Assembly (NCBI GenBank): GCA_034780895.1
Contig: JAUZTB010000001.1
Coordinates: 90,298,589 to 90,362,131 of the forward strand
Source: Rhynchobatus australiae
Taxonomy: Eukaryota
Reading direction: 5' to 3'
Length of the DNA: 63,543 bases
Position numbers and translations under genes: made by a program. Positions 14,496 to 28,109 of this stretch are shown here, in pieces. The notes under the pieces were generated by a model. The model saw only the letters and a program-made list of their open reading frames with translations. It was not told the origin of the DNA and made no database searches. How positions within the stretch are numbered: position 1 is the stretch's first letter; every line of letters starts with the position of its first letter.

Positions 14496-16769
14496 CAATT
14501 AAAAAAGTGAAAAATCAGAGTAAATAGAACAAAATAATCAAACTTGATTAAAACAAAGTTATTTGAATTAAAATAAGTACGACTGTATTCACAGATGAAA
14601 AGCAAGAGAAAGTAAACTGCATTGTTATCCTCTGCTTACTGTGAGGTGGGAACAGATGCCATCCATATGGTATACAATCAACAATAAAACATCATTGCTT
14701 AAAACAAGTTTCAAAGTTATCAAAACCCATTAGTTCTAAACAGCAATAGGTCAACCTCCAAATCCTCTGCCCCCACAACACACACACAATTTATCGAAAG
14801 AAAACGTCTTCTTTCACATGAATGCACGCATTTTACAAATGTGAGCCAGTCTTCGGCAAAAAAAGGAGTCATTTCCACTATCTCTTTATTAAAAATAGCA
14901 GCTCTTTGGCTCTATCAGTAAAAGAAAGCTCAATTTAAGTTTTGCAACCAATGTTTGAAACAGAACTGCCAAAGTACGTAAGCTGTTCAGTGCTGTTTCC
15001 TTAGATCTTGTGAGACAAATACACTTATCCTCAACTAAAGAAGCAGTTGAAGATTTATTGAACAATTTAGTTGAAAAACACATTGAGAACTATATTACAG
15101 TAATTGGGTGATTCGACATTTCTAATTTTCAGAATTTGTTCTTTCCCTAGTTAGTGAGGTGAGAGAGGATACAAACCACAAACCCTAGACTTCTAGCCCA
15201 CTGAAATCCCTCAAATGAATAACCAAAAAAAAGCTAAGTAAAAGGGATATTAAATATTTGGTGTTCTTTATTTTTCCCCACCTTCAAGTGAAATAATTAC
15301 TTCCCATTTTCCTGGAAGACTCTTTAACTTCAGTGGTAAGTCATCTTGTGTTTTTTCCTTAAAGTTATTGGGTTGATTTGAAAATCAGAGTGCCTATTGG
15401 CTGAAAATCTCAAAACAAGCAAAAACTCTATTGGTAAATCGTACAGTGCTTGGACATGTCTTTGGCAATTTTCCTCTTATACAATTGTTAAAGTATTTAA
15501 CACAGGCACAGGTCACNNNNNNNTATTTTGGCAATTTACAAGCAATCTGTAAGGGTTCCATTGTATATTTTTAGACAAGTTACATTTGCACACATCATCT
15601 ACAAACCAATGTTAAAGGATATGCATTTCTTTCTCAAATTACTTTGATTGTGCTGCCTTGAGACATGCTAGCATATTAAATGCGCTATATGAATACACGT
15701 CATCATTGTAGTTTAACAGTCACAGTTTATTAATAGTGTTCTTTCTCATTCAGCTAATTTCCCACAAAACTCTAAACCTTAAACCCATGAGAGCTGGGGC
15801 CCAATTGTGCTCCAGTCAGATCTGATGTTAGATGGTTTAACTTGTTGCCCGCTACAATTTGTGCAAGGCTGTGAACAATGGATTAGATGGTAGAAATGAT
15901 AGCTGTGCTGAATGAGCAGACAGGGTGAGAGGGCAAAAGTAACATGATGGATTCTCCTTTGAACTTCTCTTTTTTGTTCTTCTTAAATTGATAAATCAGC
16001 AATCAAGCAATCAACACAGTCTCCAGACTGCTTCCACTTGCACTGTACTGAAAACAAATCACATCTCTTATTCAAACAACATCTCTTAATCAAAACAAAT
16101 CACATCTCTTACTCAAGTCATAGTTATGACTGGATGTCAGCAATGCAGAATGCATTGCCTTTTCAGTTTTCTTTCTGACAACAATGTTCAGCCTTTTAAA
16201 CTACAGGGACTACACCCCAATTTCCCTTGCCACCTTCTTTCACTGTTTCCACTGTTTTAAATGGGTTTATCCAGACATTCTAACTTGAGAAATTGCTTAT
16301 GTGACCATGTACATGCACTCTTGTCATGGCAAATTGTCAGCATGACATCAACCATCTCAATTTTCCCACTCTACTCACTCAACTCCTCTAAGTCCCTCTC
16401 AGCTTGCAGCATATCATTCACTTAAGACCAACATCAACAATGTTATTAAGCCTGCAGGCAGGAGTAGTTCTGTTGTTTGGTGAACTGATTTACCTTGCAG
16501 AGGTTAAATGCGGTTATCTGACACCTTTACATGCCACCTTATAAACCATGAACCCACCATTATTTGGCCCATCGTATCTGTCAAAAAAGAACCATCTAAC
16601 CTCATTCCGCCTTCCAGCACGAGGTCCCTAAACCTCCAGGTCACAACTGTTCAAATACACACCCAAGTTCTTTTTAAATGTGATGTTGGTTTCTGCCTTG
16701 CAATTGCAACTCCACACATGAAAACAATCCTCATCTTTTTTTCTAATTCTTCTATCAATGATAGTTATC

Positions 16770-17345
16770 TGGAATGAAGGGCTTGAGTTTTGAGAAGAGA
16801 TTAGAAAGGCTGGGACTGTTTTCCCTGGAGCAAAGGAGATGGAGGAGTGACCTGATGGAGGTTTATAAAATTATGAGGGACACAGATGGGGTAGATAGTC
16901 TTTTTCCCCAAGGTGAGGGAGTCTAAAATTGTAGGGCATAGGATTAAGGTGAGAGGAGAAAAATTTAAAGAGACTCTGAGGAGCAAGTTTTTCCACAAAA
17001 ATGGTGGTGGGTATATGGAATGAGCTGTCAGAGGTGGTGGCAGAGATACATACAACTATGTTTAAAAAACATTTGGACAGGTACATGTACAGGAAATGTT
17101 CAGAGAGATATGGGCCAAATGGAATTAGTTTAGAAAGCCATCTTGATTGACATGGATGATTTGGGCAGAAGGGCCCATTTCCATGCTGTATAACTTNNNN
17201 NNNNNNNNNNNNNNNNNNNNNNNNNNNNNNNNNNNNNNNNNNNNNNNNNNNNNNNNNNNNNNNNNNNNNNNNNNNNNNNNNNNNNNNNNNNNNNNNGACA
17301 TGGATGATTTGGGCAGAAGGGCCCATTTCCATGCTGTATAACTTT
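16770..17345 (+). mobile_element. CR1-type LINE 3' end
   Basis: Encodes LERLGLFSLEQRRWRSDLMEVYKIM; tail gggcagaagggcccatttccatgctgtataact, duplicated across the N gap. Confidence 0.85.
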
Positions 17346-17689
17346 GAATTTATAAATTAATGCCCCCTGGCTTTCAACCCTATTGCTTTGGGAAATAGCT
17401 TCTTGCTGATTACTTGATCTGAGCTCTTCATAATCCTGTAAAACATAGATCCAATGAGCAATTCTTGACTTTGAAATCAAGGATTTCACATACAGCAGTG
17501 CACTGTACGAAGTGAACACTCATTGCTTTCTTCACAAGAAAGAGTGTGGAATCTATCAATGTTTGAAAATTGTATTTTAGAACAAAGACTGCCAGTTTGT
17601 GAAATATACAACAGACACATTGACTGTCACTGCCATATTCCAAGTCCATGAGCCAAAAAGGCCCCTTACACCACTGAAAAGCAGGGATG

Positions 17690-18430
17690 TTCTTTTTAAA
17701 CCCACACCAATCATTTCAGCCTGTACTTGCCACACAGAACCCACTTCTTCCTATCCCTTTCCCTCCCAGTCCCTCACAACACTTCTGACACCCTCTGCCA
17801 CTTTTAATGTTTCCCAATTTACTATCCCCAACTCTCTCATTTGTATCAAAGGCATCCACTTCCTCTTTACCTCCATCTGCTCTGGAATGCTTTGAGGAGT
17901 CAAAGCAGCAGCAAAGGTCCACCAAATTCCCCTCACTGCCTGCCTGAATTTCTCACATCGAACAATTTCTGCTTTGATGCCACTCACTTCTTCAAATAAC
18001 AAGCGTTGCTATTGAAATGTGTATGTGTCCAGATTATGCTCACCTCTTTGTGAGATATGTAGAACTATTCGCTGTTTCAGTACTACTAAAATTCCCTCCC
18101 TCAAATGCCTTTCCATACATTGATTGCTGTCAGTGGAACACACTGCTCTTGTTCTGAACTACAGAATTTCTTCATCAGTGCTGCTAATTTCTNNNNNNNN
18201 NNNNNNNNNCCAACACCTTTCTCTTTATTTGTCTATAACCATTTGGGGATGGACTATTAACAAGCATCCACTACAAGGTCAATTATTTATGCAACTACCT
18301 TGAATACATTTCCTCCTACCATTCTTCCCACAAGAACTTCATTCCATTCATTCTCTCAGTTTCTCCGGACCTATTGCATTTAGTTTGACAATGTCACCTT
18401 CCAAACCACTGTCACCTATACACCTTCCTT
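17690..18430 (+). mobile_element. Penelope-like reverse transcriptase relic
   Basis: Frame-broken PIISACTCHTE, LTSNNFCFDATHF, CMCPDYAHLFVRYVE, YID, SIHYK...YLEYISSY...FSQFLR match the PLE RT motifs in order. Confidence 0.75.
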
Positions 18431-20052
18431 TATTGGCAACGATGTTCTGCTGAAAGACTGTGAAGAGATGCTACCAGAGCTATTTTTAATGTAGTTTCTT
18501 AATAGTAACATGTTAATCTATTAAAGCTAATAAAATTTCTAATACATCTGTGTTGGACAGGAATATGCTTGAATCTGTTCTTGTCCAATGTGTCAGAAAA
18601 TATATGCCATAAAGTCAACTGAAAACAAATTCCACTCATCTTTAATCTAGGTTAAGACACTATAATTAATTCAGCTAATAGTAGGCCAAATATTCTCCCA
18701 ACAAGGAAACTTTAATATCATTAGAGGACACTGTGATAGTAAACAGGAATTTGTAAAGCAAGCCAGGCATGATTAATTTAAACAAATTTATGAAAATAAA
18801 TGTATATATTTGAGTGGAACAAAGTGAACAGTACATGTCTGGAACTTTCAAAGATCATCTGATGAAGTCACGCAAGACACCTGCAACAAAACATTAAGGT
18901 CGCTGCTAATGTCAATGGAAGAATGATCCAAATGTAGAAAGCAATACGTATCTTTAAATGCAGCTGGGTCATACATGCACACATTTAAGTTTGAAGTGGA
19001 ATATCAAAATAACAAGTATATGGAAAAATGCAAAAGACTACACAAAGCCATAGATAGTTTAGAGGAATGAGGAGATAAGTGGCAATTGTAGTCAATGAAT
19101 CAACCTACAGAATTACATTCAATGGCAAAATTCTCAATACAGAAGGAAAAGAAAGAAATGCAGAAATACAGATCTTTGGAGCCAGAACATCCAGGGAAAG
19201 AGCTATTACAAGAGATGTTGGATTTCATTTTATTGAAATGTATGGAATGGAAAAGCATATTAATGATTAAATTAGAGGGCATTAAATTTGGTGAATCATA
19301 AAAAAATAATAACTTTTCCTATTTATTTGCCGAGGACCTACATCTACCCTGTCAAAAGTCACACAGAAACCAGCATTTACGTCTTGATGCTTCTGTGCAG
19401 TAACAATTTAGGATTTAGATAGAAAAGATCCAAGCACGGCACCTTATGCAATGGAGCTTGCCAGTGAATTAAGTAAAATAAGTTAAAGCAATGAAAGTCC
19501 AGCATTTAAATCACTTAAGTTATAAAACATGAGTTTAGGTTACCTATGACCTACAAGGAAGCCATTATCATTGACAAGGAAATTGACTCAAGTCCTGGAA
19601 CACAGTGGTTAATTCAAATTCTAGTATGGTGCATTTTTTAAAAAATTTCTTATACTTATTTTAAGAATTGGGAATTCAGTAACTGATCACAGATCAGCTT
19701 TCATATCAGCCTTCTTAAATTAAGTGGTTAGTTTGGACATGCTATTTCCAGAATCTCAGAATTTTATCTTCATATACAGGTTAACTACATTACAGATGCT
19801 TTACAAGGCAGGTGTTTAACTAATTCCTAGATATAGAAGAGTTTTATTTAAAAGTCAATCAACAACTAATTCCTCCCTGTACTCATTACAAGCGCATTCA
19901 ACAAAATCAACTGAACCACGAACTATACAATTGAGCAGCTATCTGAACCAGAACAATCACCAATTTTGGTTAGAGTATTATTTTCTTAACTATAATATTA
20001 ATTGATCAGAACTGCTATGATTCAATTTAACTGTGCTTCATTTCCATAAATG

Positions 20053-20375
20053 AGTGGCATAGCTAGTAGAGCTGCGCTGAAGCACAGCTGCAGAGACCCA
20101 GGTTTAATTCTGATCTCCGGTGCCGTTTGTGCAGAATTTGCATATTTGCCCTGTGACCATGTGGGCTTTCTCCAGGTGATCCAGTTTCCTCCCACATCCC
20201 AAAAATGTGCAGGTTGATAGGTTAATTGATAGTCTAAATTCCCCCCAGTGTAATATGATTGCTGGAATTAATGGGAATGTGGGGAGAATAGGTTACAAGA
20301 AACATTAGTAGGGGAATGGGATTGCTCCATGAGCTGACATAAACTCAATGTACTGAATGCCCTCATTCTATGTTA
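20053..20375 (+). mobile_element. V-SINE (HE1-like, tRNA-derived head, CR1-type tail)
   Basis: gtggcatagctagtagagc head, V-domain gtgggctttctccaggtgatccagtttcctcccacatcccaaa. Confidence 0.8.
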
Positions 20376-21412
20376 TAAAGAATTATGGAGGTTAAGAAGC
20401 CACTTTCCTAATTTTGTTCTGAAGCAACATTTAACTGCACTGACATATAATCTTAGGAATTAACTTTTACTTTCAAACTTTTCGGCAACCTGGCACATTT
20501 CAAAAATAGTTCTATTCACATAGGAAGCACCATGGCAATGAGTATCTCTATTAGTGACACAACAACAACACAATTTATGTCAAAGCCCAACCTGCTAAAA
20601 AATATTTAAAGATATCAGAACTCCGTAAAGGGTGTAATATCACAGAGGTCAGCCACATTCTTAAAATGCATTGAAGCACTAAAACAACCTTAAGCTCTTC
20701 AGATGCAAGATGGTAATCACTTCTTTCTATGCTTTGTTCACGTATGGCAACATAGAGCCCAACTACTTTTTCAAGGAAATCTGTGATGGAAAAGACTTGT
20801 CTAATTTCTACCTTCCATGATGCTTTTTTATTGTAAATGGTCCTTTCTGTAATAATAACTTTTATTCTAAATGAACTAAAAAGCAATGTTCAAAACAAAA
20901 GAGCATGAGCACTAAGCACTAAAAAATACCATTTAAAAATTCATGTGATTTTTGTTTAAGCATTTTACATCGATCTCCAGTGCAGAAGTACACTGATAAA
21001 AAGAGCCTGCATGAGCGTACAGCATTTACACCTTGCAAAATATTTTGCTAGATTTTCCTTTGAATAAAAATGTTAGAAGAATAAACAAAAGAGATTAAAG
21101 ACATTAATAGGCTGAAAATAGATTTTCAGAATCCACGCTTCAGCCAAAAGGGTGCATCTTTTTGTTTTAAGAAAACACAAAGTAATGGTTCAAACAATGT
21201 TAAAGTCAATGCATTTTCCTAACGTAATTACAAAGTCATTAAAATTATTTTTAAGTAATAAAATCAGCACAAATCTCAAACAATGTACCCTAAATGCAGT
21301 TCATTTAAAGCAGAGAATTACAAAATAGTTGAATATAGGAAATATGACCGACAAGAATAATGCACATACAAAAGAACATATGAATTATATTACTTATTAC
21401 TGAAAGTACAAA

Positions 21413-22033
21413 CAGGAGGGACAATGCAGACAGATTCATGTTGCTCCAAACACACTGTTTCACAGGCCCACGTAAATGTCTGTTATTTCTAGCCTTTGTG
21501 CCCAAATAACACTCTTTTTGGGAAGTATGCTTCGAAGTTATTGCTGTTCAGTCCATCAAGACTAACAACCTTGCTACAAATATTTTTCAGCTGGTTCCAA
21601 AAACTGCAACACAGTTAAGTTATCCTGTAGCTTATGAAAATAAATACATTTATATTTTAATATCATCTTGAAGATATTCAGACAATAAATGGTCTGATAC
21701 TTGGGTTTCAGAGTTTTACTTGCATTTTAAACAATGTAATACAAGTAAAAAAAAACATCTTATTTGTTGGATACCTTCAGTAGATATACCGGATATTATT
21801 TGTTCCTTATTCAAATTCATCCTTCTGTGTTAACTGCCATTCTATTTTGAAAGATTCTCTGCCAATAACCAGTTTTAAGGCAAAGAAGCTGAATTGCAGG
21901 CAATAACTTTGAAGCATTCTTATCAAAAAAGGAGTCTGATTTGAGGACAAAGGCCAAAAATAGCAGACATTTACGTGGGCCTGTGAAACAGTATGTTTAG
22001 TGCAACATGAATGTGTCTGGGTCGTCCCTCCTG
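21413..22033. repeat. Long inverted repeat: arms ~21413-21551 and ~21888-22033, loop ~335 bp
   Basis: Outer ~95 bp align ungapped with 12 mismatches, including a perfect 29-bp stretch actgtttcacaggcccacgtaaatgtctg; gapped similarity continues ~45 bp inward. Confidence 0.92.
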
Positions 22034-22989
22034 CTCTAAAGTCTCACTGTGGTTTCATAAACAGCCAGCAGTTTCCTTTAGGGAAAGAAGTAGTTATAAA
22101 TCATAGATAGTATCACCTTGGGGTCACTCATACACAACTTTTATTACATGTCTTAGAGCAGCTAATTTAATCACATGCTAAAATTGGTAACAAACACTTG
22201 GACAGATGAACTGGACCAATGGCCTACACTACAGCTCAAATGCACTTTTACACATGTATTAGCAATGCAAGTCTAAATGTGTTAGGAATCAAATCCGACT
22301 TCATCAGGGGTATAGACTGTAACAATGGGTCACTTGTTTTATATACATAACAACTAATTTTCAAAGTGGCTTTAATGGAAAGAAAGAAAAATCACAGTGT
22401 ACTTGATGTCAAGCCATCAACTCTTTGTCACGGTGAAATTCATTTCAAACTTGTTTTATCAAAGGTCTCAGAACAAAGTGGCACTCTCCCTTCATTCAGC
22501 TCTACATGTATACACATTCTTCTGATACAGCATCCTTTTGCCATCTAATATATATTCTATTCAAAATCAAGGAACAGCAGACAATGANNNNNNNNNNNNN
22601 NNNNNNNNNNNNNNNNNNNNNNNNNNNNNNNNNNNNNNNNNNNNNNNNNNNNNNNNNNNNNNNNNNNNNNNNNNNNNNNNNNNNNNNAAGGAACAGCAGA
22701 CAATGACAAAACTCCTTTGTAAACAACAAAAATTTAATTAGTTCACAGAGATTTAAAGTATACTTTACATACAGCTCACATTGCAACAGGATGGGTCACT
22801 CAGTAGAGACATGGAGACCATTTCTCCCATTTGATGATTTGTCATCTTAAGGAGAATGCCCATGGAGGAAAAGAAATCTGGTTGTTTAACTAGCATCTAA
22901 ACATTGCTAATTTTAACTAATGACAAAAATTAAAATAACTTACTGACAAATAATAATTTTCCTGCCAGGTTTAAAAGCAGGAATGCCAA

Positions 22990-24750
22990 TAGCATCCAGG
23001 AACCACAGACAGCAGATATCCAATACAGCAGCAATGTTGAAACTCAGGAAAGGGGCATCATTGCACAGCATACACTTCCTTCAATATTTGATGTACAAAC
23101 CTCACTTTTTTTTTTGCATCACTGAAAAGATGAAGAAATTATAAGACGACAATCAGAGATGATGGTTTATTCTGGTCTTAATGCCCTGGTAATAAAAAAT
23201 TTGAGGGATGGTACTTGACCAAAGGTTTCCAAGGGATTTGGTGCACTACATCATGGGAAATGCTTCAACAGAGCAGAAGAGGAAATAGTTGTCAGATGAT
23301 AATTTCTGGTGGTTGAGATGATTCTATCAATGCCTAGGCCTTTTTTCAATTGTTTTGATTAGTCTACAAAGATTCACATGGCATGTGTTGATGGACCATG
23401 CCCCAACTTTAGCTTTTCAATACAAATCAGAAATGTTAGCATTTGTCAGCATCCTATTAGTAAACATCATAACTGTAAGAATGTACAGAAGCCAAGTACA
23501 AAGATGTTGCTTCAGAAAAGAAGTGGCAGAGGAAGGGGGAGAGAAGGGTTTTCGATTGCAAATTTTGTCCATTAAGAGTTTGCAGGGGCTAATTCAACCA
23601 ATTAAAGTCATATTTGAGGCCTGGTTTTGGCACCACCTAATCTCTCGTTTGACAGAGTATTGCCAAGCCAAAGAAAAGCTCTTCAAAGTCTCTCTGAATC
23701 TTGACAATGCTACTGGGCCACCTGAATATTTGGGAGATTATCAGACATTGTTATGTACATGCCACCAAACATAACCTCATTGTTGCAACAGATGGATCAA
23801 GGGGTTGCTGTAATGTTCAATGCATGTTATCTGAGCAGGATGTTTGTTCATGTGATCCAGGCTACAGAAGCGGAGAATGGGAATACTTTGAAGGAATTTT
23901 TGGAGGGGTGCAGTATCTATGAGATCATCAATAACACTGTGACTCTAAGCAGTGGACAAGCTGACAAATGTGAATGGGGTTTGGAATATAGTGTGCCCTC
24001 AGTTCACACAGTTTCAAGGGCTTCAAGGAAACCAAGGCCAATATAATTGTCAAGCTAGGTCATTAACTCAGGCCTGAGATGGAAGTTGGGAGGTCAAAAT
24101 GTTGCAGGAAACCCACTGTCAAGAGCTGGTGAGACCCTAGCAGATGTTTAACCCACGTGGAACCACAAAAAATGATCACTGTGAAAAACTTGGCCAAAGC
24201 ACTCAGGCATTCCAACATAGGACTGCGACGCCTTGACAAGATGGACCTCAACACCACCAGGTTCACAAAGGTCAGCTGTATCATCCTAGATGGTCTGTCT
24301 TGGTACAATGAAAATTAAAGGCTGCTGGGAAATATTCCCTGGACAAGTTCACAGTGAAGATTGAATGACCATGAGCATCTTCAACCACAGTGGCACCAGC
24401 ACAACTATTCCCAGCCTCATCCTTAGAATCTGTTTAATTAGCCAGCATCAGNNNAGTACCTTCCAATACTTGGAATTAAGGTATATGAGATGTTAAAATT
24501 ACTTTATAATTAATTCATGCATTTTTATTTTTACTTCAGAGTCTATTTAATCCATGATTTTTCTTTATGCTTTCTTGCAGAATATAGTGTATTCATACAG
24601 TGTACAGGCAAGGAACCTACAACCTTCAAGGTATACAATAAAACAGTAAATGTGTAAACAGTTCCAGTGAAATCCAATTTACATAAACTTTACCTTACAG
24701 AATGGCTCTTGGAACCAGATTTTTTTTTACACACAAGTTGGAGATCTTTT
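22990..24750 (+). mobile_element. Tigger/pogo-family (Tc1/mariner superfamily) DNA transposon relic
   Basis: Frameshifted DDE_1 motifs FEAWFWHHL...FKVSLNLDNATGPP and YMPPNITSLLQQMDQGVAVMFNACYL. Confidence 0.8.
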
Positions 24751-24789
24751 GCAAGGACATTTGTAATATCTATAGGCCAGACAGTTTAA

Positions 24790-25620
24790 CATTAGTGGTG
24801 GATGAGATTTTTTGAAACAATAATCAGGTTTTAAAAATAGGACTTGGAGAAATTGAGTTAATTAAGGAGAGCTAGCACTGATCGTAAAAGACAGATCATA
24901 TTTGACTGATCAATTTTTTGTTGGTGAAGTAACAAAAGTTGAGAAAAGGAAGAAATTGAATGCTGTCTATATGGATTTTAAGATAACAATTGACAACACA
25001 AAAAATTAAGATCCATGGAATAGAAGGGTCAATGTCAGCTTGGGGAAAAAAAAATCAACTTGATATGAAATAACTAGCAACTCATAGTAAATGATTGTTC
25101 TACAGAAGTGAAGGATGTTCCCAAACGTCAGTGCTGGAACACAACTTTTCTTGACATTGTAGGTGACCTAGATACTGGAACACAATGCAAAGTCCCACAA
25201 TTTGTTAATTATACCAAAATCGGCCAACAGTGAAAACAATATCAACAGTCTGCTCAAGGGGATAGACTAGCCAGTAAACACAACAGGCAGGCAAGTGACA
25301 GGTGAAATTTAATGCAGAGAAGTGCAAGGTGATGCACTTTGGAGAAGGGATGGGGAGAGCCAACGCGGGGACTGACACAGTACTAAAGAACATGCCAGAA
25401 CAAAGGGACCTGGATGTCCATGCATGGTGATTAGTGTGGTTAGCAAGAACTAAAAGAGTAGTGAGCACATCAGATGGGACCTTGGGCTTCATAAGCGAGT
25501 ATAATGAATACAAAAGAAAAGAAGTTGAGATGGACTTTTATAAAGCTCTGCTTAGGCCCTAGGTAGAGTGCCCTGTTCTAGTCAGAACACTTTTGGAAGG
25601 ACATTAAGGTTTATCAGAAT
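24790..25620 (+). mobile_element. CR1-type LINE RT relic
   Basis: AVYMDF-like tgctgtctatatggatttt; VKFNAEKCKVMHFG-like gtgaaatttaatgcagagaagtgcaaggtgatgcactttgg. Confidence 0.75.
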
Positions 25621-26254
25621 AGTTCCAGAGCTCCATAACTTGCAGAATCATTGAGGCAGCAGCAGCCCACACTTCAAAAAATAACAACTTCTCCACCAGC
25701 ATTTTTTTGCCAGCAGCCTCCATTATTTCTTTCAAAGACCACTATTAAGGTCATTGTAGAACTGAAAAAAAAAACTAGTCAGAGTTTGTACAACAAGTTT
25801 TGTGAAAGGGTCTTGAAATATGCATGGGCCCATTAATCCAAATCTCATCCCAAGATTCATCAGAATAAAACCAATTTAATAATAGTCAGGCTTCAAGTGC
25901 AGGTGAAGCACAGGACCCTGTGTTCACAAAAAGATACAAGTTGTATTCGATGATTTCAATAAATGCATCAATTTTATCTGCAGGATTTCCATTTTTTTTA
26001 AAAATAAACGTGGCCTATGCCAAGTGCCAGGGAATTGAATCAGAATCACTTGGGTTATAGAGTAATTACCACATCATCAAAATTAATAGAAATCAAAATC
26101 TTATTTTCAAATCTTAATAGCTCATTTCAAGGCAGAAAAATTAATGGTGGTGGCCTGACAGAGAAATAATTTGTTGATTCAAGATTAAAATTAAATTGCC
26201 AGTTCTTAAAAATGTATTTTTATGATTAAGATTAAACTAGGGACTTTGAGCATC

Positions 26255-27083
26255 TGCTTTCCACAACGGGATTGGTTGCCAAACATGCTCTCACACATTG
26301 ATAGGACAGAAAGCAAGGCGTGAAGATGACATACGGTGGCTACAAAGGGACATGGATAGATTAGCTGAGTGGGCAAAGATCTGGCAACTGGAGCACAATG
26401 TAGGGCAAAAGTGAAATTGTCCACTTTGGCAGAGAATAAGAAAGCGCATTATCTAAATGTTGAGAGATTGCAGAGCTCTGAGATGAAAAAGTTGTTGGCG
26501 GCCCTGTGCACGATATTCAAAAGCGAGTATGCAGGTAATGCAGGTGACTGGAAAGCTACGAGCATTGCTTATTGTAAGGGGAATTAAATGCACAAGTAGG
26601 GAGACTGTGCTTCAGTTATATAGGCATTAGTGGGTTTATCATTATTTTAAGATGTTACTGAAAGCAGATCAGAAAAAAATTCTTAAGTGAATGCCTGGAA
26701 TGGGTAGGCTGACAATGAGGAAAGGTTGAATAGGTGAGGCTCGTATCCACTCAAGATTAAAAGATTGAAAGGAGATTGAAACATGCAAGATTCTGAGAGA
26801 TCTTGAAAGGGGATGAATGTATAATGTGAGAGAATCTGTAACTCAGGGTCACTATTTAAGAATAAGCAGTCACACACAAGACAGATGAAATAAAATGTTT
26901 TCCAAGAGTAACAAATCTTTGGAACCCTCTTCCTCAAAGGTACTGGAAACAGACTTTTTAATTTTTTTTTAAAGGCAGAGATGGTTAGATTCTAGATCGA
27001 CATTGGGGAGAAAGATTCCCATTGGTAGAAAAGAATGCGGACTTGAGGTACTAACCATATCAGCAGTCTTATTAAATGGCAGA
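26255..27083 (+). mobile_element. CR1-type LINE 3' part
   Basis: LQRDMDRLAEWAKIWQ motif at ~26340 and a CR1 3' region. Confidence 0.75.
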
Positions 27084-27199
27084 NNNNNNNNNNNNNNNNN
27101 NNNNNNNNNNNNNNNNNNNNNNNNNNNNNNNNNNNNNNNNNNNNNNNNNNNNNNNNNNNNNNNNNNNNNNNNNNNNNNNNNNNGTCTCCCTTGTTTAGG

Positions 27200-27760
27200 C
27201 ATAATATACTGGTTTTAGATCAAACTATTGCACCCTCCATTTGTATGAGAAATTCAATCAGACCTAAGATAGCATTTTCCCTTGTACATTCACTAACATG
27301 CTGTTCAAGAAAGCTACCACATATGCATTCCTGAAGTCCTCAATCTACGTGGAAGCTGAAGTCCCTCATGACAACTGCTGTTCCATTCTTACATGCATCA
27401 AATTTTTCTTCGTTTATTGCCTGTGCCACTGTAATGTTATTATTCTGTAGCCTATTGACAACTCCCACCAGTGACTTTTTTCCCTTTACTATCTCTAACC
27501 TTGACCCAGATGGACTCAAATATTCTGCTCCCTCGATCCTATATCATCCCTCACTATCATCCTGATCTCATTCTTAATTAAGTGCACTACCCTACCTCCC
27601 TGACTATCCTTCCGTATTACCTAATACCTTTGGATATCTAGTTCCTACTTATCTCCACCTTGCAACCATGTTTCTGTAATGACCACTAAATCATACCTCT
27701 TTGTACTGATGCACTGACCTTGTTTCAAATACTACAGGCATTCAGATAAAGTGCCCTTAC
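27200..27760 (-). mobile_element. CR1-type LINE AP-endonuclease relic
   Basis: Reverse strand reads ALYLNACSI...YDLVVITETWLQ...GVVNR...VVMRDF. Confidence 0.7.
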
Positions 27761-28109
27761 TCATTGTCCTTTTAGAATCTAGTAACCTTTGTGTTTGAGT
27801 TTTCTGTACTCTACTCAACTTTTCTCTGCACACACTTGCTATAATTCCATCATTTCATTAAATATTCATCCTAACACTACCCATAATTAAATTAATGGAA
27901 CATGTACTGTACTTTATCATTACTGAATACCACAAAACATTACCACCATCTTGAAATATGCTTTAAAATGTATGGAAGAATTTCTGCAAATCAAGTCACC
28001 CTGTAACTTGGGGAGCCCCTATAGTAAACATTTGCATGTTGCCAACCGTGTCAGGAAAATTAAAAATAAATCTCTGATAAAGACAGCATATTTATTGGTA
28101 GCACACGAT

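Noticed and set aside
17148-17345. Direct repeats flanking 100-N gaps (also at 4115, 22588, 34096, 35834)
   Set aside because: Identical sequence on both sides of fixed-length N runs is typical of unmerged contig overlaps; an assembly artefact, not TSDs or biology
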